From: Sedimentisphaerales bacterium
GTDB lineage: Bacteria > Planctomycetota > Phycisphaerae > Sedimentisphaerales > Anaerobacaceae
Length of the DNA: 64,000 nucleotides
Direction of reading: 5' to 3'
NCBI GenBank assembly: GCA_963708075.1
Contig: OY970194.1
Coordinates: 3,744,001-3,808,000, forward strand
A program made the position numbers and the translations under genes. The notes below the pieces were generated by a model, which saw only the letters and a list, made by a program, of their open reading frames with translations, was not told the origin of the DNA and did no database searches. This document shows positions 1 to 9,845 of this stretch, piece after piece; position 1 is the first letter of the stretch; every line of letters begins with the position of its first letter.

Positions 1-960
1 CAGGAAGATGATCGTCGCCAGTGCGGAGACGGCGAACATCGCGACATATTCAGCGAAGAAGAACATCACGAATCGAAAGCCGCTGTACTCCGTGTGGAAG
101 CCGGCCACGAGCTCAGATTCCCCTTCCGGCAGGTCGAAAGGCGACCGCTTACAACTGGCCAGAGAGGCGATGTAGTACGTGAAAAAGGCTAGGAACAGAA
201 ACGGATTCTGGAAGATCAGCCACGAGAACCAGCCGCCGGACTGCGCTTCGCCAAGTGTGATCAGGTTGACGGACCCGGTGGCAACGACCGCGGCCAGCAG
301 GCTCAGGCCCATAGGAATCTCGTAGCTGACCAATTGGCAGCCTTCACGCATGGCGCCGTACAGGCTCCATTTGCTGTTGGAGGCCCAGCCGGCCATGATG
401 ACACCCAACACTTCAATCGCCAGCATCGCCAGGACGAACAGCAGGCTGATATCCGTATCACGGAAGACCCACCCTACGCCGAAGGGCAAAGCCAGGTAGG
501 CACAAAATGCCGGCACAAGCGCGACGTAGGGCGCGAGCCGAAACAGCGGCTGATCGGCGTCACGCGGGATGAGGTCCTCCTTCTGAACGAACTTCAGGCC
601 GTCGGCCAGCGATTGCGCCCAGCCGTGCCAGTGGCCTGTACGCATCGGGCCCAGCCGCGATTGAATGCGGCCGGAGACTTTGCGCTCCCCCCAGATGCCG
701 ATGATCGCCACGATGCACACGAAGCCCAGCAGGCCCACCACGACCACGAAGTCACGGATGAACCACGGCAGCAGCGGGTTGATGAAGCGCCCCACGATCC
801 ACACAAAGAGCACCAGCGCCACTACGGCAGCGAAGAAGATGCCCCAGGCAAAACGCAACGCTAGGGATATGCCGGTCGGACCCCACTTCGTGGCAAGACG
901 CACAATGGTCAGACTCAAACCTTTGTATTCCACCGGGGGCCGCTGGGGAACGTACATCAT
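1..960 (-). CDS. nuoH: NADH-quinone oxidoreductase subunit H (3' end runs off the window)
   Basis: Translated by hand from the ATG at 960/957, which overlaps the nuoD stop. Gives WGERKVSGRIQSRLGPMR, QSLADGLKFVQKED and PFDLPEGESELVAGFHTEYSGFRF, all NuoH/ND1 motifs. Absent from the ORF track because no stop is in the window. Confidence 0.95.
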   Translation of the reverse strand, partial: MMYVPQRPPVEYKGLSLTIVRLATKWGPTGISLALRFAWGIFFAAVVALVLFVWIVGRFINPLLPWFIRDFVVVVGLLGFVCIVAIIGIWGERKVSGRIQSRLGPMRTGHWHGWAQSLADGLKFVQKEDLIPRDADQPLFRLAPYVALVPAFCAYLALPFGVGWVFRDTDISLLFVLAMLAIEVLGVIMAGWASNSKWSLYGAMREGCQLVSYEIPMGLSLLAAVVATGSVNLITLGEAQSGGWFSWLIFQNPFLFLAFFTYYIASLASCKRSPFDLPEGESELVAGFHTEYSGFRFVMFFFAEYVAMFAVSALATIIFL

Positions 961-2129
961 CGGTCTACCTCGCCCATCACGATATCGATACTACCCAGCA
1001 ACGCGGAAATATCGGCCAGCAGGCAATTCGGGGCCAGCACCGGCAAGACAGAGAGATTGCAGAAGCTCGGCCCACGTATCTTCAGCCGGTAGGGACTTGT
1101 CCCGCCGTCGGAGACCAGATGGAAGCCCAGTTGCCCGCGCGGGTTCTCGACCTCGTAGTAGACCTCGCCGGCAGGCAGCTTCACGATGCGAGGCACCTTC
1201 GCCTGCACGGGACCATCGGTGAGCTTGTCCAATGCCTGGCGGACGATCCGCACCGACTGGACCATTTCCAGAACGCGGACGAAGTACCGGTCCCAGCAAT
1301 CTCCAAGTGTCCCGTTTTGGCCCCGGCCCACAGGGACGTCGAACTCAAATTCGTTGTAGCGGCAGTACGGCGTGGCCTTTCGCAGGTCCCAGGCGAGGCC
1401 GCTGCCCCGCAGGCACGGCCCGGTCAAACCGTAGGCGACCGCCAGGTCCGCCGGACAGACGCCCACGTTGCCCGTGCGATTGATGAAGATATGGTTATAG
1501 CTCAGCAGGTTGTTGTACTCTGCGATCTTCGGCTCGAAGTAATCGAGGAACTCCCGGCACTGCTTGATCCAGCCCTCCGGCAGGTCCTCGCGCACCCCGC
1601 CGATGGTGAGATAGGAGTAGGTCAGACGCGCCCCGCAGGCCGCCTCGAACAGGTCCATGATCCATTCCCGCTCGCGGAAGCAGTACACCAAGGGCGTGAA
1701 CGCGCCCATGTCCAGGCCGTAGGAGCCGGTGGCCATCAGGTGTGAGGCGATGCGATTCAGCTCCGCGAAGATCACCCGCAGGTAATCCGCACGCGGCGGC
1801 ACCTCGATTCCGCCCAGCTTCTCCACCGCCAGGGCAAAGCCCAGGTTGTTGTTCATGGCGGCCAGGTAGTCCAGACGGTCGGTATAAGGCGTGAACTGGC
1901 GATACGTGACCTTTTCCGCGATTTTTTCAGCACTGCGGTGGAGGTATCCGATGTACGGCGTGGCCTTCAGGACCAGCTCCCCGTCGGTCTGCAGAACCAC
2001 CCGCAACACGCCGTGCGTGCTCGGGTGCTGCGGACCCATGTTCAGCATCAATTCCTCGGTGCGAATGTCCGAAGGAACTTCGCCGTCATGGAGCAGGTCT
2101 GGCTGACTTTGCAGTTCGATTTCTTTCAT
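957..2129 (-). CDS. nuoD: NADH-quinone oxidoreductase subunit D
   Basis: NMGPQHPSTHGVLR, GYLHRSAEK, YTDRLDY and C-terminal GEVDR. Lacks the NiFe-binding CxxC motifs. Confidence 0.96.
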   Translation of the reverse strand: MKEIELQSQPDLLHDGEVPSDIRTEELMLNMGPQHPSTHGVLRVVLQTDGELVLKATPYIGYLHRSAEKIAEKVTYRQFTPYTDRLDYLAAMNNNLGFALAVEKLGGIEVPPRADYLRVIFAELNRIASHLMATGSYGLDMGAFTPLVYCFREREWIMDLFEAACGARLTYSYLTIGGVREDLPEGWIKQCREFLDYFEPKIAEYNNLLSYNHIFINRTGNVGVCPADLAVAYGLTGPCLRGSGLAWDLRKATPYCRYNEFEFDVPVGRGQNGTLGDCWDRYFVRVLEMVQSVRIVRQALDKLTDGPVQAKVPRIVKLPAGEVYYEVENPRGQLGFHLVSDGGTSPYRLKIRGPSFCNLSVLPVLAPNCLLADISALLGSIDIVMGEVDR

Positions 2130-2605
2130 GGGTTGAACTTCAGCCCCTTATATTCGACCACGTTCTCGTAATCCTTGCGGAGCGGATGGCCGGGCCAGTC
2201 CTCCGGCATGAGGATTCGGCGAAGGTCCGGATGATGGAGGAACGTGACTCCCATGAGATCGAAGGCTTCACGCTCGTGCCACTGGGCCGCCGGCCAGATG
2301 CCGCCGACGGATTCCACCTGCGGGTTCGCCCGATCCAGCACGACCTTGACCGCGAAGGCATGAGCAAGCGATGTCGAGATCAGGTCGTATACGACCTCAA
2401 TGCTGTTCTTCGCGGGCCAGTCGATGGCGGAAATGCACCGCAAGAGGTCGAATCGCAGCCGAGGCTCGGACTTCAGGAAGCCGGCGACCGCGGTGAGCCG
2501 ATCAGCCTTGACTACAACGTGCGGATATGTTCCATCGGCGATCGCCGAGACAACGCTCTCCGCATCATGCTGCTTCAAGACTTCAATGATTTCAGATGGA
2601 GTCAT
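2126..2605 (-). CDS. nuoC: NADH-quinone oxidoreductase subunit C
   Basis: WHEREAFDLMG and HPDLRRILMPEDWPGHPLRKDY signature. Confidence 0.95.
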   Translation of the reverse strand: MTPSEIIEVLKQHDAESVVSAIADGTYPHVVVKADRLTAVAGFLKSEPRLRFDLLRCISAIDWPAKNSIEVVYDLISTSLAHAFAVKVVLDRANPQVESVGGIWPAAQWHEREAFDLMGVTFLHHPDLRRILMPEDWPGHPLRKDYENVVEYKGLKFNP

Positions 2606-2608
2606 CGT

Positions 2609-3100
2609 TTATTGTTTCTGTTTCGCAATGGTGCGTGTGCTGATCTTGTCCTGTAAACGCATGAGGCCTTCGAGCAGTGCCTCCGGCCGGGGCGGACAAC
2701 CGGGAATATACACATCGACCGGGACAACCTGGTCCACGCCTTTGACCACGTGGTAGGCGTGCAGGTGATAGGGCCCGCCGCTGATGGCACAAGCGCCCAT
2801 GGCAATGACAAAGCGGGGCTCGGCCATCTGCTCCCAGAGCCGGCGGAGACGCTCGGCCATTTTGAAAGTCACGGTGCCCGCGACGATCATCAGGTCCGCC
2901 TGCCGCGGTGTGGCCCGGAAGGCCCCGGAGCCGAAGCGGTCGATATCGAAGCGGCTGGCGCCCGTGGCGATCATCTCGATCGCGCAGCAGGCGATCCCGA
3001 ACGTCATCGGAAAGATGGAGCGTTTCCGCGACCAGTTCAGGACCCAGTCAACGCTGGTCACGATCAAGCCCGGCTCGAATATGCCTTCAATCAGTGCCAT
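2609..3100 (-). CDS. nuoB: NADH-quinone oxidoreductase subunit B
   Basis: [27 protein letters not shown] and [10 protein letters not shown] (N2 cluster ligands). Confidence 0.96.
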   Translation of the reverse strand: MALIEGIFEPGLIVTSVDWVLNWSRKRSIFPMTFGIACCAIEMIATGASRFDIDRFGSGAFRATPRQADLMIVAGTVTFKMAERLRRLWEQMAEPRFVIAMGACAISGGPYHLHAYHVVKGVDQVVPVDVYIPGCPPRPEALLEGLMRLQDKISTRTIAKQKQ

Positions 3101-3109
3101 TGCTACCCT

Positions 3110-3195
3110 ATTGATTAAGGATTATTGACTATTGATGATGGATGAACGACGATTCAGTCCGCCTCTTCCACTTCCAATCATCAATAATCCATCAT
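3110..3195. repeat. Heptamer-like AT-rich inverted repeat between nuoA and nuoB
   Basis: GGATTATTGA (3119-3128) is the exact reverse complement of TCAATAATCC (3181-3190). It is flanked by ATTGACT/ATTGATG-like 7-mers. Confidence 0.55.
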
Positions 3196-3611
3196 CCTTT
3201 ACCAATCCTTTCATTCGTTGGCGAGGCGGCCCGCACCCAATCCAGGTAGCCAAACCGCCACAGATAAGCAAAACCGACGAAAATCAGACCCAGGAAGAAC
3301 ACCATGGACCAGAAGGCCGCGGAACCCAGGCCCTGCGCGATATAATCCTTGTACACCACGGCCCACGGATACAAGAGAGCGATTTCCACGTCGAACACGA
3401 CGAAGACGAGGGCTACGACGTAGAACCGCAGGTCGAACTGCACCCAGGCGGGCCCGATGGTCGGCTCGCCGCACTCGTAAATCTCGCCCTTGAGCCCGCC
3501 CGGATTCCTCGGCCGAAGCAGTTTGCCCAGGAGCAACGCTCCAAGTCCCAGCGCCGTGCCAACGCCCGCGAAAAGCAGCACTTCAATGGCAAAACGCGTA
3601 GATTCGGTCAT
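3192..3611 (-). CDS. nuoA: NADH-quinone oxidoreductase subunit A
   Basis: YECGE and RFYVVALVFVVFDVEIALLYPWA, with three hydrophobic helices. Confidence 0.95.
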   Translation of the reverse strand: MTESTRFAIEVLLFAGVGTALGLGALLLGKLLRPRNPGGLKGEIYECGEPTIGPAWVQFDLRFYVVALVFVVFDVEIALLYPWAVVYKDYIAQGLGSAAFWSMVFFLGLIFVGFAYLWRFGYLDWVRAASPTNERIGKG

Positions 3612-4225
3612 GCCGTTCCTTCCTTCGGTGCCGCCGCCTGCTTGGCAAGTTCGGCACAGTACTGCGGATCATCCGCCTTTGCCATCCACTCCCACTTGTC
3701 CCGATCGAGGTTCCGCCAGGTATCACGTGTCCGGGCCGCCCATGCGGGCAGGTTCGACTTCGTCAGCCAGATCGGCTCGATGGTCCGCCTGCCCTGCTTG
3801 CCCAATTTAACGAAATCAACCACCAACTCCTCCCGGCGATAGCACGAATCGTCGTGGATCGACCCCATCTTGAGGCATTGCGTAGGACAGACCTCGGTGC
3901 ACAGCCCGCAGAACAGGCAGGTGCTGTAGTCAATATTGTACTGGGTCATCGCCCCGCCGACGGCAATGTCGCGAGTCTTGTCGATCTTCCTCGGCCCGCT
4001 CTTGCCAACACTGATACAGGCCGCAGGACAGGCTTTGGCGCAGGCCTCACAGGCAATGCACCGCTCGATCTGGTAGCTGTGAAAGCCTCGGTAGCGGGGT
4101 TGCAGGGTCGGCTCGACATCGGGGTACTGTACGACCACCGTGCGGGCAAAGTGATACGGCAACGTCACTCTCAGCCCGGCGGCAACGGTCCGGACCGCCT
4201 GAACTATGTTCCTGAAGTACTGCAT
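3608..4225 (-). CDS. nuoI: NADH-quinone oxidoreductase subunit I (2x[4Fe-4S])
   Basis: QYPD..RYRGFH, CIACEACAKACP and CLFCGLCTEVCP. The stop overlaps the nuoA start. Confidence 0.92.
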   Translation of the reverse strand: MQYFRNIVQAVRTVAAGLRVTLPYHFARTVVVQYPDVEPTLQPRYRGFHSYQIERCIACEACAKACPAACISVGKSGPRKIDKTRDIAVGGAMTQYNIDYSTCLFCGLCTEVCPTQCLKMGSIHDDSCYRREELVVDFVKLGKQGRRTIEPIWLTKSNLPAWAARTRDTWRNLDRDKWEWMAKADDPQYCAELAKQAAAPKEGTA

Positions 4226-4265
4226 GGGCCCCTTGCATTCACGAATTACAATTTATGGGCTGCTT

Positions 4266-4294
4266 CTTATACCGCGCCGGTCCCGCGACAACAA
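4266..4294 (-). promoter_or_regulatory. Candidate sigma70-type promoter of the nuo operon
   Basis: TTGTTG-17 nt-TATAAG on the minus strand, about 40 nt upstream of nuoI. Confidence 0.45.
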
Positions 4295-4370
4295 GAGTTT
4301 TCTTAGATTTACGAATCACCATTTACGATTTAGGATTCAGGCGAAGCCGGCGTGAATGATAATTTGTGAA

Positions 4371-6722
4371 TCACGGCACAATTTCGAAGGGAACAGCGGG
4401 CAATACGGCAAGGGCGATCCGAGGCCTGTTGGCCTGCGATTTCTGCTTTTCGGGGGCTGGAGAGCTCACGGGGAAGGCATGGATGATCAGGTTGCCTTTC
4501 AGGCCCACCTTGGCTTTTGCAGCGTCACTGCGCAGCACGATATCCGCGCCCTGGCCGGTACGGGGAGATTTCAAACCCGCCCCAACGACTTTCTCAATCG
4601 TGATCCCTTCCGGCGGCTCGCTCAACTCAAGCTGGACCCTGCCTGTCAGGGCGGTTGCCGGCGCTGCGACTCGCACCCGGACAGTTCCGCCGGCGGGGAT
4701 TCTGATGGGAGTATTGCTGAGGATTTTCACCGGCGCCTTGGTCATGAAGCGTCCTGAGATGGCCACTCGGAGTTCCCTGGCGGGAACGAGATGGCGATAG
4801 AAGAACGCCTGCATCATGTCCTCCGCCGGCACGACCGGATGGACAATCTCACGGCCGTCAATCATGGCACGGCCTTCCAGCGAAACGCTCAACGGCTCCT
4901 GCGTAGGCGTCGGCGGGACCGTCAACGTCACCTGTACCTTATCCTGACCGGACGGCACCCAACTGCCACTTAAGATCACGTCGGCCGGCGCGTCCTTCAA
5001 AGCAAGCGCGATATCGCCGGCGAAACCGTCCTTGCGGAGGGCGTAGACGGTCAGAGGAACACTTGTCCCGCCTCGGACATTGATGCTGGCCGGCACAATT
5101 CGCAACTCAAAGTCCGGTCGCGGCGGTCCTGTGCGCAGGCGGTAGCCATACTCCGCCCCACCTTTGTTCTGGGCGTCAGCCAGGTGAAGATAGTACGTTC
5201 CATCCGCGGGCAACGTGGCACGCAGATAGGAATCGGCGTGGTGCGTGGTCAGCCCGGCCCCTTTGTCCTCCTGGTCGTCACTGGCGGCCAGTTGCCGCCC
5301 GGAGGAATCGGTCAGCTTGAGCATTGAATCCATCGGAGAATTCAGACGGCGAGCATACACTTCCGCCACGATCTCACTGCCGGCATGCCCCTCGAAACTG
5401 AACACATCCCTATCGCCGCCCTTGTCGATGTGCCCGTTGATGATCGCCGGCGTCGTGACCGGCTGAGCCTTCTGCGATTGGTCGTTTGATTCCCGCTCCA
5501 GGCACTCGGGCAGCGTGTCCACGGCGAACGGCACGAGATTGGACACCCATTCATCTCTGCCCACAGAAAGCTGATGGATTCCGACTTCAGCATCTCCAAA
5601 GCCGGGCGTCAGCGTCTTCGTGGGGAGATTCCAGCCCCGCAACTCGATTTCAGTCGGGGTCCCCGCCCGGCCGCCAAGCGGGAAGATACTCGTCACAAAG
5701 GGCAGCTCGCCCACCGTGATACGATAGACAAAATCCTCCCGGCCGCGATAGATGGAGTCCTTGATCTCGATCACGTACTCCCCGTCCGCAGGGATTTCGT
5801 AGAAGAGCACGGGATCAGGATTGAAACGATAGTCGTCGTCGTAGGCCAGCTCTTTCCCGCTATTGTCGTACAGTGCCAGCGTGGCCTGGAACCAGCCGGG
5901 GACAGCATCCGGCATATATGGGATCAATTCGCGAGCGCGGGCGGCGACGACAATCCGCTGGCCCTTTTGCGCCGTGAATCGGAACTGGTCCACACCTCCG
6001 GGCAGAATCTGGCCATTCAGGACGGCCGGCAGTGTGACCTTCATCTCGGTCTTCGCCACTGCGGATTGCACCGCCCTGAAATTCTGTTGCGGTTCAGTGC
6101 TGCCTTGCGATTCTTTTTCGCTGAATTCCGGCAACTCGCCGACGTAGAAGGCCAGCGGGTTTGTCACACCCACCGCCGTCATCAACCTCAGCTCGTGCTG
6201 ACCGGGCCCGGCATCCGGCGCCATTGTCACCGTAAGTGTGACTCTTTCCGCAATCGCCGGATTGGCCTGCCTGTTGGGGCCGTTGAGCAGCTTCTTTCTG
6301 ATCTCCGCGACCATTTTCACATCCTCGGCCGTCCATTGCGGCGGCTTGTTCGGCTCTGTGGAAGAGGGCACGCGGTCCTGTCCTTCGCGCTTGTCATTTA
6401 CCCCTGTGCCCTTCGCCGGACTGCTGCCTTTCATTGCCGCCTGCCTCTTCTCCTGCAGCACCCTCAGCCTCTCCCTCAGATCGTTGAACTCCTTTTGAGT
6501 CAACGGCCTGGTGCGCTCGACCACCACAGCCTGAACGCCAGCGCCGGAGAAACATGCGTCGTGGACGCCGTCAAGGAACTGCCCGCCGACCACGATCTGG
6601 AACGTCGTGCCTCGCTGGCCGCCGGCAGGATAGACGTAACCGATGTGGGGCATGTTCTGCGCGTGTACAACCGTCGCAGTCACGAGAACAGTCGCCATAC
6701 ACAGAATCGCACGCCACAGCAT
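4371..6722 (-). CDS. Secreted PPC (pre-peptidase C-terminal) domain protein, planctomycete type
   Basis: Signal peptide, then PHIGYVYPAGGQRGT. Has two PPC-like modules (GGVDQFRFTAQKGQ..LAYDDD; GDRDVFSFEG..YARRLNSPMDS). Sits next to DUF1501 and DUF1553 genes. Confidence 0.8.
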   Translation of the reverse strand: MLWRAILCMATVLVTATVVHAQNMPHIGYVYPAGGQRGTTFQIVVGGQFLDGVHDACFSGAGVQAVVVERTRPLTQKEFNDLRERLRVLQEKRQAAMKGSSPAKGTGVNDKREGQDRVPSSTEPNKPPQWTAEDVKMVAEIRKKLLNGPNRQANPAIAERVTLTVTMAPDAGPGQHELRLMTAVGVTNPLAFYVGELPEFSEKESQGSTEPQQNFRAVQSAVAKTEMKVTLPAVLNGQILPGGVDQFRFTAQKGQRIVVAARARELIPYMPDAVPGWFQATLALYDNSGKELAYDDDYRFNPDPVLFYEIPADGEYVIEIKDSIYRGREDFVYRITVGELPFVTSIFPLGGRAGTPTEIELRGWNLPTKTLTPGFGDAEVGIHQLSVGRDEWVSNLVPFAVDTLPECLERESNDQSQKAQPVTTPAIINGHIDKGGDRDVFSFEGHAGSEIVAEVYARRLNSPMDSMLKLTDSSGRQLAASDDQEDKGAGLTTHHADSYLRATLPADGTYYLHLADAQNKGGAEYGYRLRTGPPRPDFELRIVPASINVRGGTSVPLTVYALRKDGFAGDIALALKDAPADVILSGSWVPSGQDKVQVTLTVPPTPTQEPLSVSLEGRAMIDGREIVHPVVPAEDMMQAFFYRHLVPARELRVAISGRFMTKAPVKILSNTPIRIPAGGTVRVRVAAPATALTGRVQLELSEPPEGITIEKVVGAGLKSPRTGQGADIVLRSDAAKAKVGLKGNLIIHAFPVSSPAPEKQKSQANRPRIALAVLPAVPFEIVP
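4558..4586. repeat. REP-like palindrome family A (degenerate), in frame inside the PPC gene
   Basis: GTACGGGGAGATTTCAAACCCGCCCCAAC, translated as VGAGLKSPRT. Confidence 0.75.
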
Positions 6723-6737
6723 AAACCACTCCCCGGC

Positions 6738-8090
6738 TTACATGATCTCTTTCAAACGTCCGCCCATGCTGACGCCATCGGCGGCGGAGGGCAGCACCCC
6801 GACCTTCAGGCCTTGCGGATGGGGCAGCGTCGCATCGAGACCGATGCCGAGCAACTCGTACATGCTCGCAATGAGGTCCACCGGATACACGGGCCGGTCC
6901 TTCACTTCTTCGCCCTTTGCGTCTGTGGCCCCGACCACGCGGCCGCCCTTGAAACCGCCCCCGGCGACCACCGCGGAAAAGACCTTGCCGTAGTGGTTGC
7001 GTCCGCCACTCCAGGGCGGCTCCCACTGGACCTTCGGCGTCCTGCCGAACTCGCCGCTCCACCAGACGATCGTGCTGTCCAGCAGGCCGCGGTCCGACAA
7101 ATCCTGGAGCAGCGTCGCCATCCCTTTGTCCATGTCCGGCAGCATGCGACGCATGCTCTGAAAGTGCTGCTTGTGCGTGTCCCAGCCTTTGTAGTTGATG
7201 GTGACGTAGGGGACGCCCCGCTCGACGAGCCGCCGGGCCATCAGGCAGGATTGGCCAAACGTACTGCGCCCGTACTGATCCCGTAATTCGTTCTTCTCCT
7301 GCGCCAGATCGAACACCTTGGCCCCGTCGCCCAGGATCAGATCATACGCCTGCTTCTCGCACTGCTCCGAGGCTGCTAGTTGCGGATCGCCCTTCATGGC
7401 GTGTTCCAGCGTGTTGAGGTTGTGGAGAAGGTCCCGCCGGCTCTGCTGGCGTTTCTCGGAGATGCCCTGGGCCACGACGCCCTCGACGACAAACGGGTTC
7501 CTGGCCGGGTCGCCGCCCGTGGCGAACGGCTTGCAGCGCGAGCCCAGGAACCCCGCCTCGGAGAACCGCCCCTGCAGGTCGGTCAGCACGATGTAAGGCG
7601 GAATCAGCCCAGTGTATCCGGCATCGTAGCCCTTGAATTGCGAGACGACGGCCCCGACACAGGGATAGACCTCCTTGCCGCCGGGCGCACGGCCGGTCTG
7701 AACCATGTAAGCGGCCGTTTCATGAGAGTTGATGCCGTGGGTCATACTGCGGATGATCGAGTACTTATCGGCCTGCTTGGCCAGGAGGGGAAGCAGCTCA
7801 CCGATGATGATCCCGTCCACGTTGGTGGGGACGGGCTTATTCAGCGAGCCGCAATAGTCATTGCCCGCCTCCGGTTTGGGATCGAACGTATCAAGATGGC
7901 ATGGGCCGCCCCACATCCAGATTTGAATGACAGCCTTGGCCTTCGCGTTTGCAGCGACACCGTCAGGCATTTTATTGGATGCCCTTACGGGCACACTACG
8001 AACAAGACCGTCGCCCAGCGTCAGAGCAGCCGCACCGAAGAGGCCGCGACGTATTGCCTCACGCCTGGAGATTGCTGTGCTCATGGCCAC
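6738..8090 (-). CDS. DUF1501 family protein with Tat signal
   Basis: SRREAIRRG leader, KAVIQIWMWGGPCHLDTFDPKP, YGRSTFGQSCLMARRLVERGV, GWDTH, GEFGRTP and GGRNH. Confidence 0.92.
   Translation of the reverse strand: MAMSTAISRREAIRRGLFGAAALTLGDGLVRSVPVRASNKMPDGVAANAKAKAVIQIWMWGGPCHLDTFDPKPEAGNDYCGSLNKPVPTNVDGIIIGELLPLLAKQADKYSIIRSMTHGINSHETAAYMVQTGRAPGGKEVYPCVGAVVSQFKGYDAGYTGLIPPYIVLTDLQGRFSEAGFLGSRCKPFATGGDPARNPFVVEGVVAQGISEKRQQSRRDLLHNLNTLEHAMKGDPQLAASEQCEKQAYDLILGDGAKVFDLAQEKNELRDQYGRSTFGQSCLMARRLVERGVPYVTINYKGWDTHKQHFQSMRRMLPDMDKGMATLLQDLSDRGLLDSTIVWWSGEFGRTPKVQWEPPWSGGRNHYGKVFSAVVAGGGFKGGRVVGATDAKGEEVKDRPVYPVDLIASMYELLGIGLDATLPHPQGLKVGVLPSAADGVSMGGRLKEIM
7980..7999 (-). repeat. GTAG REP-like family C, in frame in the DUF1501 signal region
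   Basis: GTAGTGTGCCCGTAAGGGCA forms a TGCCC/GGGCA stem. 19 nt are identical to 61554-61572. Confidence 0.7.
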
Positions 8091-8112
8091 TGCCCTTCTC
8101 CCTTCTTTCGAA

Positions 8113-9705
8113 TCAGTGCCGATAGAGAAATTCCGCGCCGTTGATCAACGCCCAAGCCAGATCCACGAACGCCTCTCGCCCCCTTCCGCCTCCTGACTGA
8201 GGAGCATACGCCGCAATGACTTTCAGCTCTTCTTCTGTCGGATAACGCGAGAGAATCGTCAGGTAGAGTTCATTGACGATCTCGGGCGGCTTACGCCTGG
8301 ATTGCAGTAGGGATTGCAGCTTCGGCCCCTGCTCGACTTTGCGCTGGACGTGACTCGAATTGAGCATGTGCAGCCGTTGGCCGGCTGTGGGACGGCTGTT
8401 CCGCTCCGACTCCAGTCCGGTGTCACGCGGCGGACGCCCGAACAATTCAAGGAAGGAACTCGTGATGCTGCCATCCGCCAGCGCGATCGATCTCTGATCT
8501 TCGGGAATGAAAGTGAACGGTTCAGGAATCGCGCTGGAGTACTTTTCGGTCGTGCCGGTGATCTGGTTGAGCGCATCGATGAGCACCTCCGCCTCCAGCC
8601 GGCGCAGTGGATAGCTCGCGAAATTGGCCGCAGCTTCAGGCTTGTCGCTGCCAGAGATGGAGGAAAGCTGGTATGTCCGCGAGTTCAGAATCAGCCGATA
8701 GATATGCTTCAGGTCGTAGCGGGCGGCGACCAGTTCCTTCTCCAGGAGAGCCAACAGCTCCGGATTGCTCGGCGGATTGTCCGGCCGGATATCGTCCGGC
8801 TCGTGAACGATGCCGCGTCCCAACAGCCAGGACCAGGTGCGATTCACGATATTCCTCGCAAACCAGGGATTGCCCGGAGCCGTCAGCCAATCCACAAAGA
8901 TCACACGCGGGTCCTGCCCCTGTAGAGACGCAAGATCTTGCGTTTCCACTTTGGTTCCATCCGGAAAGATCGCCGCGGAGAGTCCCGAATTTGAGATCTC
9001 AGATTTCGGATTATCCTGATTCGGATCGAAGAAAACGATCTCCTCTTTCCATTCCCCGGTGTACTTGTAGCCGACCTGTGAGAAGAAGACGGCCATGGCC
9101 GACCAGCGATCCTTCGGCCAGCCCTCCGCCCGCACCCCCATAAATGTCAACGCCACGGCCTGTGCCAGGGCCTGCGGCTCCTTGCTCTGAGCGGCTCGGT
9201 AGAAGTTCACCTGAGGCACACGGAAATTGCTGCCGCTGGCCGTCAGCATCTCCCGGACGAACCGGTCATAGGGCATGTCCTCCTTGATGCAGGTTCGAAT
9301 CCAGCGGTGGTAGCCCTGCACGGCGTTGGGCCACAGGTTGATTGGGAACTCCGACTTGACGCGCAGCAGGTCGCTCCACTTCATCGCCCAGTAGTCGGCG
9401 AACTCCTCTCGCTCCAGCAGGCGATCGATCAGGACGCTGCGCTTGTTGGGGTCTTTGTCCGACAGAAAGGCTCTGGCTTCCTGGGCAGTGGGCAGTGTGC
9501 CGATCACGTCCAGGTAAGCCCGTCGGACAAACACGGCATCCGAGCATAGATTGGCGGGCTGAATGCCCAACTGCTCCAACCGGCCGAAAACCAGCTCATC
9601 GATCCGGCCATGGGGCACCGGCGGAGCAGGGTCCTCGTAGGGGCGGGTTTCAAACCCGCCCGCATTGGTCAGCACGAACGCCAGAATCAACAACACCCTT
9701 GCCAT
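8113..9705 (-). CDS. DUF1549/DUF1553 (PSD1) domain protein
   Basis: CSDAVFVRRAYLDVIGTLPT, FARNIVNRTWSWLLGRGIVHEPDD..NPPSNPELL, RRLEAEVLID and DLAWALINGAEFLYRH. Confidence 0.9.
   Translation of the reverse strand: MARVLLILAFVLTNAGGFETRPYEDPAPPVPHGRIDELVFGRLEQLGIQPANLCSDAVFVRRAYLDVIGTLPTAQEARAFLSDKDPNKRSVLIDRLLEREEFADYWAMKWSDLLRVKSEFPINLWPNAVQGYHRWIRTCIKEDMPYDRFVREMLTASGSNFRVPQVNFYRAAQSKEPQALAQAVALTFMGVRAEGWPKDRWSAMAVFFSQVGYKYTGEWKEEIVFFDPNQDNPKSEISNSGLSAAIFPDGTKVETQDLASLQGQDPRVIFVDWLTAPGNPWFARNIVNRTWSWLLGRGIVHEPDDIRPDNPPSNPELLALLEKELVAARYDLKHIYRLILNSRTYQLSSISGSDKPEAAANFASYPLRRLEAEVLIDALNQITGTTEKYSSAIPEPFTFIPEDQRSIALADGSITSSFLELFGRPPRDTGLESERNSRPTAGQRLHMLNSSHVQRKVEQGPKLQSLLQSRRKPPEIVNELYLTILSRYPTEEELKVIAAYAPQSGGGRGREAFVDLAWALINGAEFLYRH
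8922..8949 (+). repeat. GTAG REP-like family D, in frame inside the DUF1553 gene
   Basis: Palindrome GTAGAGACGCAAGATCTTGCGTTTCCAC, translated as VETQDLASLQ. Confidence 0.75.
9637..9661 (+). repeat. REP-like family A, in frame at the DUF1553 N-terminus
   Basis: GTAGGGGCGGGTTTCAAACCCGCCC, translated as GGFETRPY. Confidence 0.85.
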
Positions 9706-9845
9706 GCTTCACGAGAATTCCATATTACCAAAGGGCGACCACAGACCGTCCTCCCTTGTCAGGACGTTCAACAAGTCTGGCAAATTGCAGGAAAGAGAGC
9801 TGCCGGTTCACGGTTCTCAGTCCACTGCCAACTGAGAACTGCCAA

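Noticed and set aside
957..3100. Group 4 NiFe hydrogenase
   Set aside because: The large subunit lacks both CxxC motifs and ends in GEVDR, and the small subunit has the tandem CC of NuoB.
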